The position numbers and the translations under genes are program-made. 64,000 nucleotides of DNA from Bdellovibrionales bacterium (lineage in GTDB: Bacteria; Bdellovibrionota; Bdellovibrionia; Bdellovibrionales; UBA1609). Of this stretch, positions 15,697 through 26,233 are shown one piece after another. Positions within the stretch are counted from its first letter, which is position 1; the number at the start of each line of letters is the position of its first letter. The notes beneath the pieces were generated by a model, which saw nothing but the letters and a program-made list of their open reading frames with translations, was not told the origin of the DNA and searched no databases. The DNA is taken from positions 1,824,001-1,888,000 of the forward strand of contig CBDCMT010000001.1 in the NCBI GenBank assembly GCA_965219095.1, in the 5' to 3' direction.

Positions 15697-17282
15697 AATT
15701 TCCTATTTCAGACTTTTTGGCTCCAAAATACTCCACGCCTAAGCCATGTTTATAGACTACAACCTTCTTGATGATCTCTGAGAGAAGCTCTTTTTGTTGT
15801 CTGGGAGTGATTTTGGGCAGAGTCTTATTTACAACCTTGAGTGCTGAAAAGATATTCTCTGCTGAAATGATGTTGTCTTTGAATTGAGACTTTTCCTTTT
15901 TGAGCTTTTTGATCTCTTCTTCTACCTGAGATTTCTTTTCACTAAGGTTACCTAACTCTTCAATTAAAATGTCCTGAGCTTTCTGATTCTTACTTCTAGC
16001 AATGGCCTGAGTGAGACTTTCTATATCTTTCCTTATGCCCTTTAAGGCTTCTAGGCGAGAGTACATAAGGCTTTCCTGCTGTTTGAGACTCTCCTGATTT
16101 TGGTGAGTGTTGTTTTGAGCAAGCTTTACTAAAAGGGCCTTATTTTTTGATAACTCTTTGAGTCTAAACAAAACACCTTCCTCTATAGTGTGGGCAGGAA
16201 CATGCTCTAAGTCACATTTTTTTAAATGCCGATCTCCATAAGTCATCATCTTTCTTCTGTGGCCATAATAAAAGTATTTTTTTCCGTCTCTATTTGAGCT
16301 TCCTTTCCCTACAAGTTTATCGCCACAAACTCCACAATAAGTTAAACCTGAAAGAATATAACAATGATTGCTGGCTCTTAATTCTTTTTTATTTTTTTCT
16401 AAACGATCTTGAACCTCATTAAAAAGATTTTTATCAATAATAGCAGGCCATTGGCTATCATAAACTTTGTATCTTTCAGAAATAGAAAGCTCTGACTGAT
16501 CTTTATTTCTATTTCTCTTATTAAGCTCTCTTTTTCCTAAATAGGAAAGGTTGGTGAGAACAGTGTATAAAGACGAGATAGTCCATCTTGTTCCGCCTCT
16601 TTTTTTCTCCCTTTTTGTTCACAAAAGACTTCGTAGTGTAGCCGTTTTGATTTAAAAAGTTTAAAACTTTAAATATAGAGCCTAGCTCTAAAAGCTTTTT
16701 AAAAATCATTTGAACTATAGGTTTTTCTTCTTCATTAACTTTCAAATGGCATTTTTTTTCAGGGTGAAGATCATAGCCTAACATTCTTTGTCCACCATTA
16801 GAAAGACCTCTCTCTGCTCTTGCGTGAACTCCATGCTTTATACGCTCTACAGTGGTTTGTCTTTCAAATTGAGCAAAACTAATGGCTTGGATAACCATAA
16901 GTTCTCCCATAGCAGTTGAGGTATCAAAGTTTTCTTTTAGACTAAAAAACTTCACTTTATGTTCTTTGAGAAAATCCCAAAACTGGCAAAAATCTTTAAC
17001 ACTTCTACTAAGCCTTGAAAGCTCTGTTACGATAACAGCATTAACCTTTCCTAAAACAATGTCTCTACACATTTTTTGAAAAGCTGGACGGTTTAAGTTC
17101 TTCCCTGAATAATCCTTGTCTGTGTAAGTTTCAATAACCTTTCCCCAATTCTTCTCTGTATTGTTTTTCATATTGATAAAATTTTTGATTCTTTGTGGGT
17201 GAGATACAAGAGAGCCTTCTTCTCTAATTTCATCGCTTGGAGAAAGCTTCACATAAGAAGCTATCTTGTGTTTATAATCTAA
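15617..17282 (-). pseudogene. Second copy of LSR1, frameshifted and with its 5' end replaced
   Basis: Near-identical to 2944-4590. Extra T in the run at about 16600-16606; TTG>TTA at the candidate start; upstream replaced by hsdS. Confidence 0.9.
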
Positions 17283-17878
17283 TCGTTTTTTTGAAGTCTT
17301 CTTTTTTAAGAACAGATTGGCAATAGAGCTTTAGTTTTTCTTTAGCGGTTTCTAGTTCTTTTTTACTTTGGTCAATCAAAGAAAAGAGAGTTTCAATTTT
17401 TTTAACAATGACTCTTTGTTCGGGGATAGGGGCAAGTGGAGAGGGAATCGTCTTTAATTTACTACTTGACAACTCCTTAAAAGTAACACCTGATCCCAAA
17501 GAATTTAGTAAATCCTTCTTCAATTTTAAGAAGTAATAAATATATTCTGAAAGATTATTGCCTTTAACAATTAAGTTACGAAAACCTTGGTTTGTAGTAA
17601 CCATATTTGATGCTATCACAACGTATCCAATTGGAGTTCTTGTTGAGAGCAAGACACTTCCTTTAGGTAATTCTTTGGCGGAAGACTTTTTTAAACCCTC
17701 TAAGGAAATGTTTTTATTCCCTCTTGAAATATACTTGCTTTTATAATTAGAAAGGTCTTTAGGGGTTATCCATGGTATACCTCCGCCCCAATATTTTTCA
17801 TTCATTGTTGAATGGAGTTCCGCCACCTATTATTTCGCATACATCCTCTAACTTACACTCAGTCCAATCATCTCTCAT
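17272..17878 (-). pseudogene. hsdS: Type I RM specificity subunit, single TRD, frameshifted and fused to the LSR-module tail
   Basis: MRDDWTECKLEDVCEIIGGGTP then a frameshift to ...YWGGGIPWITPKDL...LLSTRTPIG...NQGF...PLAPIPEQRVIVKKIE. Confidence 0.85.
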
Positions 17879-19254
17879 TTTTTAATCACCTTCCAATGTC
17901 CGCCTTTGTCGGGGCCTACTCTTTTTAAGAGATTTTTCTTCTTTAAATAATCTAAGCTATGCTTAACAACGTCTGAGGAGACATCTAATTTTTTTGCCAG
18001 GCTTTCTCTGCTCTCATTTGGATTTTTATCTATTAATTTCAATAATTTACTTGATACTTTCTGGGCGGTTTTCTGGGCGGTTTTCTGGGCGGTTTTCTGG
18101 GCGGTTTTCTGGCTAGTTTCTAAGCCACTCCTTTCTTTTCTAAAGATTACATTGTAAAAGAGGTTGCCTTTTTCGTGTTTAATATCCATTTCTACTTTTT
18201 TCTTATGACTTTTTACGGCTTCTTTCATTTTGTTAATACCAGTTCCTGCTTGCTCTATGTAATTGGCCCTATGGAGCATAGATGCAATTAAAAGATTTCT
18301 AGGAACACTTTTCTTTCCAAAATCTTTAGGGTCGAGATCACTTGGCAAATTGCCTGGATTATAAATCTCCACTCTATCGGCAAAAACCTCTACAACTACG
18401 CGACATCTTTTTTCAAAATAATCTCTATGGCAAACAGCATTGATAATAGCTTCCCTTAAGGCTTCTTCAGGGTAATCTCGAACCTCTTCTCTTCTTGGTC
18501 TGCCATCAATGATATATTCATTGTTGGTATGTCTTAGAACAAAAGCTAAGGCTCTTTCAATATTTTGAAGAATACTGCCTTTTTGTTGTTGCCTGTCTAA
18601 AATTTTAATTTTTTCTGTTCCTTCAAATAATATGCAGTCAACAAGAGCATGATTCATAATAAAGTCTATATCTTTAGAAAAAAATAACACTCCTAAGTTT
18701 GTTAGCTTTCTATCTTCTGTTAGGCATTCGAAATTTTTTAAGAATACTTCTGGTTCAAGAGTTGGGCTAATTTTTGAAAGCGTTAGAAAATCCTTAAACG
18801 CATGAATATCAAAATCAGTTTCAAAGTTGGCCTTTTCATTAACAAGCTGTTCAAAACAAATTCGCCCCTCTTTTTTATACAAGTCCATGATTTCATCTCT
18901 TGAGAGCTTTTGAGTGTTTGGGCCAATTCTCCTGAAAAATCCACGAGAGCAAGCATAGGGCTTAACCTTGCCTTCAGGTACGTCAATAACAATTAAATTA
19001 TCTGCAACATTTATTTTAATGTCTAAAATCTGAGGTTGAAGTTGCCTTAGTGTATCTTGGATTTTTGATTTAGTTTCGTTGCTGGTATCAATACCGACTA
19101 TTTCTCCGTTATCGGCAACTCCTAAAATGATTTTTCCGCCAGAGGCATTAGCGAAAGCACAGACTTCTTCAATTAGAGATTTATCAAAACCTTGTTTGAA
19201 TTCTGTGCGATCATCTTCACCTTTAGAAATAATTTTCTCTATGTCTATTTTCAT
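17875..19254 (-). CDS. AlbA_2/Schlafen domain + HATPase_c_4 + HTH protein (often labelled RecG-like transcriptional regulator)
   Basis: GEDDRTEFK, CAFANASGG.IILGV.D.G, YP..ALREAIINAVCHRDY, NPG, EQAGTGI, GPDKGGHW. Confidence 0.9.
   Translation of the reverse strand: MKIDIEKIISKGEDDRTEFKQGFDKSLIEEVCAFANASGGKIILGVADNGEIVGIDTSNETKSKIQDTLRQLQPQILDIKINVADNLIVIDVPEGKVKPYACSRGFFRRIGPNTQKLSRDEIMDLYKKEGRICFEQLVNEKANFETDFDIHAFKDFLTLSKISPTLEPEVFLKNFECLTEDRKLTNLGVLFFSKDIDFIMNHALVDCILFEGTEKIKILDRQQQKGSILQNIERALAFVLRHTNNEYIIDGRPRREEVRDYPEEALREAIINAVCHRDYFEKRCRVVVEVFADRVEIYNPGNLPSDLDPKDFGKKSVPRNLLIASMLHRANYIEQAGTGINKMKEAVKSHKKKVEMDIKHEKGNLFYNVIFRKERSGLETSQKTAQKTAQKTAQKTAQKVSSKLLKLIDKNPNESRESLAKKLDVSSDVVKHSLDYLKKKNLLKRVGPDKGGHWKVIKK
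18059..18112. repeat. 12-bp tandem repeat x4.5 (KTAQ linker)
   Basis: ttctgggcggtt repeated. Confidence 0.95.
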
Positions 19255-19698
19255 TAAGCAACCACAGCCTCGTTTATTTCTGCAATAATAGAGTACATTT
19301 GATTTCCAAAGAGATTATGCATTTTTGCTAAACCACCTTTAGAGTCAAAGGGGGCATTATCAAAATCACTTTCCTCTATATGAAAAGAATCTTCAATATG
19401 ATCTTTTATCATTCTGAGCCACTGCATTTGCTCTTCTGTAAATTTTCTTTTATTCCCTGCATGTTTTTTAAAAATCCAATTTTTGAAGTTCCTGTTGATG
19501 GTTTCAGAGTATGGCGTAATCTTAGGATCAATTTTACATATTTTTCAAATTATAGCAACAATGGCTGTTAGTTCTTTTATAGGTGAATTGATTTGTCTTC
19601 CTTCTAATTTAGCATAGGCTTGAAAGACTTCAATGGGGGCAAGATTAGGTTTAGTATATTTTAGCTTGTCATGAATTTCTTTTATCATAGAATAGGTA
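19255..19698 (-). pseudogene. hsdR: Type I restriction subunit R, C-terminal remnant (EcoEI/EcoAI-like)
   Basis: Fragments YSMIKE...LAP...ELTAIVAII*...ETINRNFKNWIFKKHAG...FTEEQMQWLRMIKDHI...GGL.KM..LFG, with stops and frameshifts. Confidence 0.75.
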
Positions 19699-20073
19699 CC
19701 TGAATTCTGTTAATTTTGGTACTAGGTTTTTATTCGGCCCTCGCAATGCGTCGCATTAGTCGGAGGGGATTTTACAACTTAAAGCTGTGTGGGATTTCTT
19801 GAGTCACATTAAAAGCTTTATAAAGGCTCTTTTGCTTACCGGACAACTCTCCTAATCTTGTTTGTCCTGTGGCCAATTTATAGAACTTTAATTTGTCTAA
19901 AATTTTATAGACCTCTGTTTTTGAAAATTTCTTGTACAGATTCTTTTCTTTCATCACATTGTTTATGTGAGAGATTAAAGTTAAAGCTATAAAGTTAATA
20001 AATAAACTTCCTCTCATGGTTTGTAGCGAATGAGTCCTCGCTCGCTTTTCATTTATATCATGCTTGAAAGACT
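19699..20073 (-). mobile_element. IS1634-family 3' fragment (matches the 29140 end of the complete copy)
   Basis: Terminal cctgaattctgttaattttggtactagg plus the transposase C-terminus (ORF 19772-20017). Confidence 0.9.
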
Positions 20074-20638
20074 ATTATCTTTATTGGCTTTTTTAATGAT
20101 CTTACTTAGCAAGAAGTGAGCATCAAAAACTTTTCCTTCAAAAAATATTTGTTGCTGGGGTTGAATGTCTTTAGTTTTAATTGCATTTAAGATGTTATCG
20201 ACCTTCTTATCTGTTTTCAATTGCTTTTGTTCTATGTTCTTCATTCTTTGAGATACTAAAGAGTTGGTGGATAAAACCTTTCTCATTTGAATAAAGGCTC
20301 TCATAATTCTTATACTTACCTGAACAGCAATTTTACTGTGTAAGATGCCTGATAGGCTAGCTACTCCTTGCTCTGTAAAAACATAAGGAAGACTGCCTCC
20401 AAGGTGCTTTTTAGATGGTATCGCATTTTGCGATACCATAAAATCCACTTCATCTGTATTAAGTTGAAACATAAAATCAGAGGGAAATCGCTCTTTAATT
20501 TCTCTTAACTTGCTCTCTAAGTCGTATAGTTTTAACCTCATATAAGATCGAAAGGTCTCTGTCTAGCATAACATCCTTTCCTCTAAGACTATAAATTTTA
20601 CCTTGTATGCTCTGGCTTTGTGGCACCAATGTTTTCAT
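20074..20638 (-). pseudogene. ORF6N-domain protein, frameshifted and truncated
   Basis: IYSLRGKDVMLDRDLSILYEV...VKRN then +1 to ERFPSDFMFQL...PYVFTEQGVASLSGIL...IMRAF. Confidence 0.85.
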
Positions 20639-20739
20639 AAACCTCTCCTGAGATCCTACCTTTGCTCTATAGCATTCTATAATACAAAAAACTACAAAAT
20701 AGTAGGGAATTTAATGGTTTAGGGCCACAAGTTGTTACC

Positions 20740-22037
20740 CTAGCCAAGATTGTCTTCAGTGTCGCTTGTGGCCACCCAATACTCCTTTTCTGAGGGGTAG
20801 AGCCTAATCACTGCCTTTTCCTCTCCTTGTACCATAAAAGCTTCTGAAAACTCCCTCTTTTTGCTTTGAAGGCTTGCTACAAGAGAGAGTTCCCTCTCAT
20901 TGAGCTTTAATATCTCATAGGCAGGCTTTAGGTCTCCTTTTTGTTGAAGAATAAATTTTGTGGCGGTGTTGTTTAGAATCGCAGGGCCTATGGGGTGGTT
21001 AGCGATTTCCTCTATCCCTTGAGTGATGAATGTTATGCCAGATCCAGTTTTTCTAAGAGTTCGTACACAATACTCCATAAAATTTGAACTAGCCCTTCCC
21101 TTAAGTAGTTCCCAACACTCATCCATCAAAATGCGTTTCTTTTTTAAAGTTGTTTTAGGATCATTTGCTTCTATCCTTTGTAAAATAAAATTAGTGATAA
21201 TTAAAATCATAACACTTTGAAGGTCAGAGTAACTTGATAATCCTTTAAGATCAAAAACTACAAAATCATTTTCAGTGTTAAAACTTCCTTGAGTATCTAG
21301 AAGTTTTTCGTAAGGAGTTGAACTTGTCCAAGGATAGAGCATTTTAGCAAAGTTTTGAAGTTTTTTATCATTTGAATTTTTAAGTAGATTTTTAAAGTCC
21401 GAGAGTCTTGGAGTTTTATTGAACTTATAAAGTTCATCAATTTTTTCCTCTAATAAAGCACGTTCTAATTTGGGAAGTTTCTCTCCCTCAACATCCGTTA
21501 ATAAGTTCTCCATAAGTGCCAATAAGAATTTAATCTTTCCTGAATTTGGAGTCTTTGCGTTTCCTTGTAATGCAAACGGATTAAACGAGAGTGAATTGGG
21601 ATTTTCTTCTGAGTTATTAGACGATGGGGCAACATCAACATATTGACCTCTTGTTAGTTTGCAAATTTTTCTGTAGCTTCCGCCAATATCAATAATAAAA
21701 TTCATGGAGTTTTCCTTAATCTTTTCTTTGGATTGAAAATTCTCTGATTTTCCCTATGAAAACGGAGATTTTTTGAGGCGACCTAGAATGAAAAATCCTA
21801 GTGAGTAAAATTTATTTCGAATCTAGGTGAAGTAAAATAAGATTATTTAAAAAACTCTTCCCCGATCCTCTGGAGCCTGTAACTAGAGAATTGTAGTTAG
21901 AAAGCTTAGAATGAAATGGATCATATTTAACAAGAGCTTTTTCTCTGTTTCTAAAGAGACAAATTAGTTTTTGATCAACTCCTGTGTAGCTTTGATAGAC
22001 TGGTAGAAAATCAGCAAGGTTACTTGCCTTTGTTTTT
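20740..22037 (-). pseudogene. VirB4/TraC-type conjugative ATPase, C-terminal half, interrupted
   Basis: Walker A VTGSRGSGKS at about 21850-21885; IIDIGGSY; Walker B ILMDECW; RTLRKTG...ITQ. An insertion of about 100 bp splits the two parts. Confidence 0.85.
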
Positions 22038-22075
22038 GCCTCCTCAAAAGCATCTGTGGGTTCCCGGGAGGAACC
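22038..22075. mobile_element. 38-bp ISL3 right-end/left-end hybrid micro-element
   Basis: gcctcctcaaaagcatctgtggg-ttcccgg-gaggaacc, i.e. IRR fused to IRL via the shared ttcccgg. Confidence 0.75.
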
Positions 22076-22298
22076 TTAATCTTTAATGAAAAGAATACAT
22101 TCCTAAAACAATGAAAAATTTGATGTGAAAGATAAAAATAACATAAGTTGAATCGCTGGCTTATATTTATAAAAAATTCACTATTGTTATATTTTTGATG
22201 TCTAGTTTTTAGACATAACTAAAAAATCAACCTCCTTTTTTATAGAGCTATTGTAATAAATAGGCCTATTTATTACAATAGCTCTTGAGGTATAAGTA

Positions 22299-23073
22299 AT
22301 GAACATTTCAAAAAGTCGTATCTTTTTATCATATTTTGTCATCACTCTTGCTTGGTTATTTTTTCTACATGGAGAAAGTAACAACAAAAATGAGAACATT
22401 CTTATTGAAAGTGATTTAAGCCGTGAAGAGCTTTGCACAGAAAAAAACTTTGCATTTCTTTTAAACCTCTACAAAAAAACTCCTGAAGACGAGTTAAGCG
22501 AATTTTTAGAAAAATGTAAAGGAGTAAAAGCAGGGGTTTTTAAAAGAAATGATATTTTTAATGAGGAATTAGGAAAGTTTCAAGGCTTTAGACCTTTGTT
22601 TTATTTTATCTATAAGAAAGACCTTCAAAGGGCTAAGTTCCTTTTAGATTATGGTGTGGAAAACGAATTTAAAATTATACCCCCTTCTATCCTCTCAACA
22701 TCAATCAGGTATTTTACGCCACTAATTTTAGCTGTGTACTTAAATGACGCAGATATGGTCAATCTTCTCATTGATTATGACACCCCCCTTGATACAATTT
22801 CACATGAAAATGTTGGGATAACAGCTTTAACTTTAGCTACTCAGAATGAAAATCAAAACATCATTGAAATATTATTAGATCATAGTGCTGATATTGATTT
22901 GCCAGGAATTTATAATTTAATTAAAAAAACACCTCTTATGATTGCTGTTGAAAAAGGAAATTTAAATCTTGTAAAGTATTTTCTAGAAAGAAAGTGTGAA
23001 GTAAATAAAATAGAGTATTATAAAACGGCCTTAGACTATGCCTATGCTCTCCCTGAAATACATAAAAATAGAA
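22299..23073 (+). pseudogene. Exported ankyrin-repeat protein truncated by ISL3
   Basis: TPLILAV, TALTLAT, TPLMIAVEKGNLNLVKYFL, TALDYA; N-terminal hydrophobic segment; last residues come from the IS end. Confidence 0.85.
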
Positions 23074-24580
23074 GGCTCCTCCCGGGAATCTGTGGGTGAA
23101 AAGTAGTAGAAATCCCCCAAAAAGGCTCATATTAATCAAAGCAAGAGTAAGACATTCTATCTTGTATTTTTGAGTTCTTTGAGGCCTTACTGGCCTCTAT
23201 CACCTCCGGTGATTGAACTCAAAAACATTCTTTTATTTGTTGTGTTACATTAAAATTTTAAAAAAGAAGCACCTACTTCCCAGATGCCTTAAAATGTTAT
23301 TCAAAAAAAAAAAAAGGAGGGAAGAGATGCTTTTGAAGACTATACTAAATGATTGTTTAAGATGGAAGTCTTTTGTATACGGAGACATTTATTTTTCAAA
23401 AGATAGAAAGTCAATTAATGTTCCTATTAAGGCTCGTAAAAATGGCCAAGCTTTTTGTAGTGTTTGTAAGAAGCCCTGTTCAGTGTATGACAGCAGTAAA
23501 TCATCACGGGACTTTGAATCCCTTCCTATTTTAAGTTACAGGGTGTTTTTTGTTTATTTTGTAAGAAGAGTTAATTGTTCTTGCTGTGGAGTAAAAGTTG
23601 AGTATTTACCTTGGGCCGATGGTAAGAAGAGTTTAACGATCTTTTACATGAAGTATTTAGCAGACTGGTGTCGTCACCTGTCTTGGAAAGAGGTTTCTTG
23701 TAAGTTTCATGTCAGTTGGAATCAGGTCTATGCTTCGGTAGAATGGGTCGTAGAATATGGTTTAAAACAAAGGGTTTTAAAGGGAATACAAGCTATAGGT
23801 GTAGATGAAATACAATGGAAAAAGAACCATCAGTATCTCACCTTAGTCTATGAAATAAGCAAAACCCGTGTACGCTTGTTGTGGATAGGAGAAAAAAGAA
23901 CAGAAAAGAGTTTTAGAAAATTCTTTGATTTACTAGGAGAGAAGTCAAAAGATATACGGTTTGTGTGTTCTGATATGTGGAAGCCTTATTTAAAAGTCAT
24001 AAAGGAGAGGGCAAGTGGAGCTTTACACATATTAGATCGGTTTCATATCGTAGCAAGACTCAATAAGGCTTTAGACGAAGTGAGAGCTTCAGAACACAAA
24101 AAAATGAAAGAAGACGGGTATGAACCCCTTTTAACAAAAGCTAGATGGCCCTTGTTAAAAAATGCAGAAAATTTAAAATCTTATGAAAAAGTAAAATTAA
24201 GGCATTTAATACAGTACAATTTAAAAAGTATCCGCTGTTATTTTTTAAAAGAAGACTTCCGACAGTTATGGACCTATGTTTCACCAACTTGGGCTGGTAA
24301 ATTTATAGACAGTTGGACGAGACGAGTCATGCTTTCAAAAATTGAACCTATGAAAAGAAAAGCAAAAACCATACAAAGACATAAGCTACTTATTCTTAAT
24401 TACTTCAAGGCTAAAAAAGCCTTCTCCTCAGGGATTGTAGAGGGTTTAAACAACAAAGTAAAACTCACTATGAGAAAATCTTACGGCTTTAGAACCTCTA
24501 AAGCTATAAAAATCGCCTTATATCATAACCTTGGAAAACTGCCAGAACCTCCGGGAACCCACAGATTCTTTCGAGGATGC
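23074..24580 (+). mobile_element. ISL3-family IS, mutated right end, no target duplication
   Basis: Same ends as 7384-8903. The right end reads cgaggatgc (transposase stop TGA>CGA). Flanks aaatagaa and aaaaacat do not match. Transposase starts at ATG 23327. Confidence 0.9.
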
Positions 24581-25759
24581 AAAAACATTAGGCTTTCCTT
24601 CAAGAGATCTTGTGATCATTTCATAAGCTTCGAAATCACTTGTTATATGAGAGACGATTTCTATTCCCAGATCCTTAGCTGTCCTTCCCTCTCCTTCTCC
24701 TATTTTTTTAGTTCTTAAAGGCTCTTTATGAAGCCAAAAAACAAGACTTCCTGCTTCCCATTTATCTCCCCCCAAACTTATGAGCTTTTCTTTTAAACCT
24801 AATTCATCAAGCACTCTCCAAGTTCTCTCCAGATCAGAATTTTGCACAAATAACTTTCTTACATTCATCTTCCACCAGAACTTTGCATAACCTGTTTCTA
24901 ATTTTGAAGCTGAAAATTCATTTATAATTTCTTTAATCCTTTCTAAATCTTCTTTTTTAGGCTTTAGTTCATACTGAAACATCTTAATCAGATAACGGAT
25001 GACTGAAAAGATCTCAGGATTCATACCCTCCTTGTACCTTTGAGTTTCTTTATGATTTTCTGAATCATAATAGCTTATTTCTCCTTTTAGAAGATCTTCT
25101 AAAAGGGAAGGGTTTTTAGCATCCCACTCCTTGATGCTTCTTACTACAGGATCTTTAGATTCGGTCAGCTCTATCATCATCACAGAATAAGAATCGGTAT
25201 GCTGTTTTAATACATCTCCTTCCAATAAAGGTGCCTTTGGACCTCTTGATTCTCTTAAGGGCCTTACCTCCCAAGCACTTTTATTGCTGTTTCCTTGAAA
25301 GTAAGGAAACTTTCTAGAAAGCTCTTCTTCTAGCCTTGAGGCTTCTTCCTCTGACCCCCCTTCTATGACTAAATCTATATCCTGAGTGGGAAAAAAGATC
25401 TTTGTGTAGTCGTAATCGAAATGTTCTTTTTGGAGTTTAAACCAGCCCTTGTTCTTATCTTTCTTTCGTTCTAGATCTTTTTTCACATAGTAAGCTACGC
25501 TGGAGGCTGATCCTCCTAAAAGCCAGACCCGGACTCCCATACTTTCAGCTAAGTTTTTGATGTACCGAAGTTCTGGATTTGTGAGGCGAGCTTCTTTGAT
25601 AGCTTCGGTGAGTTGATCTGAACTCACAGGAGTTTGTGAAAAAGTATACTTCGAGAATGAGAAAAAAACTGGAAAGCTTAAAGCAAACAAAAAGGTTTTA
25701 AAGTTCATAAAATTATATTTCTTAAAATCGTATTTATCCTTTGAAATTAACTGAAACAC
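24581..25759 (-). pseudogene. Truncated tandem duplicate of the 800-aa protein gene
   Basis: Highly similar to the first ~390 aa of 26234-28636, cut at ...GKPNVF by ISL3. Confidence 0.9.
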
Positions 25760-26233
25760 CCAGCGTAATTATTTTTCATCATTATTATCATTTTTTATAC
25801 AGTAAGACAATTAAAAAAGTTCAACTAACTTTTTTACTATATTTTTTACAAGCTTTTTGTAAGTTTTATAGGCTGTGTGATAGATGCTTTGGACTGTGTT
25901 GAAAAAGTGGAGTCAAAAACTAAGATACAATTGTTAAGAAATATCTATGAAGGGATTTCATGCTAAAAATAAAATTTCAGCCCATAGAAAATTAAACCTT
26001 CTTTAGGTAAGTCGGCTTCTTAACAGCCCTTGACTCCTACGAGGAGGATATTTCTTAGATGTGATAGTCGCATTAGTTGTGATAATTTGTAATAGACGTC
26101 TATGAAAAAGAATGTCAAGAAAAAACACTGATCAAAAATCACATTCATGTTCATAGAATAAAGGTTTTAATTCATGTAAAATATTTCTGATATTTCAAGA
26201 CATGTCAGATCAAGCCACAACTATCACACTTTG

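Noticed and set aside
23213..24718. 501-aa extended ISL3 transposase as a novel fusion
   Set aside because: The N-extension depends on the A-tract length (A13 here, A15 in the other copies) and the C-extension on a TGA>CGA change in a damaged IR.
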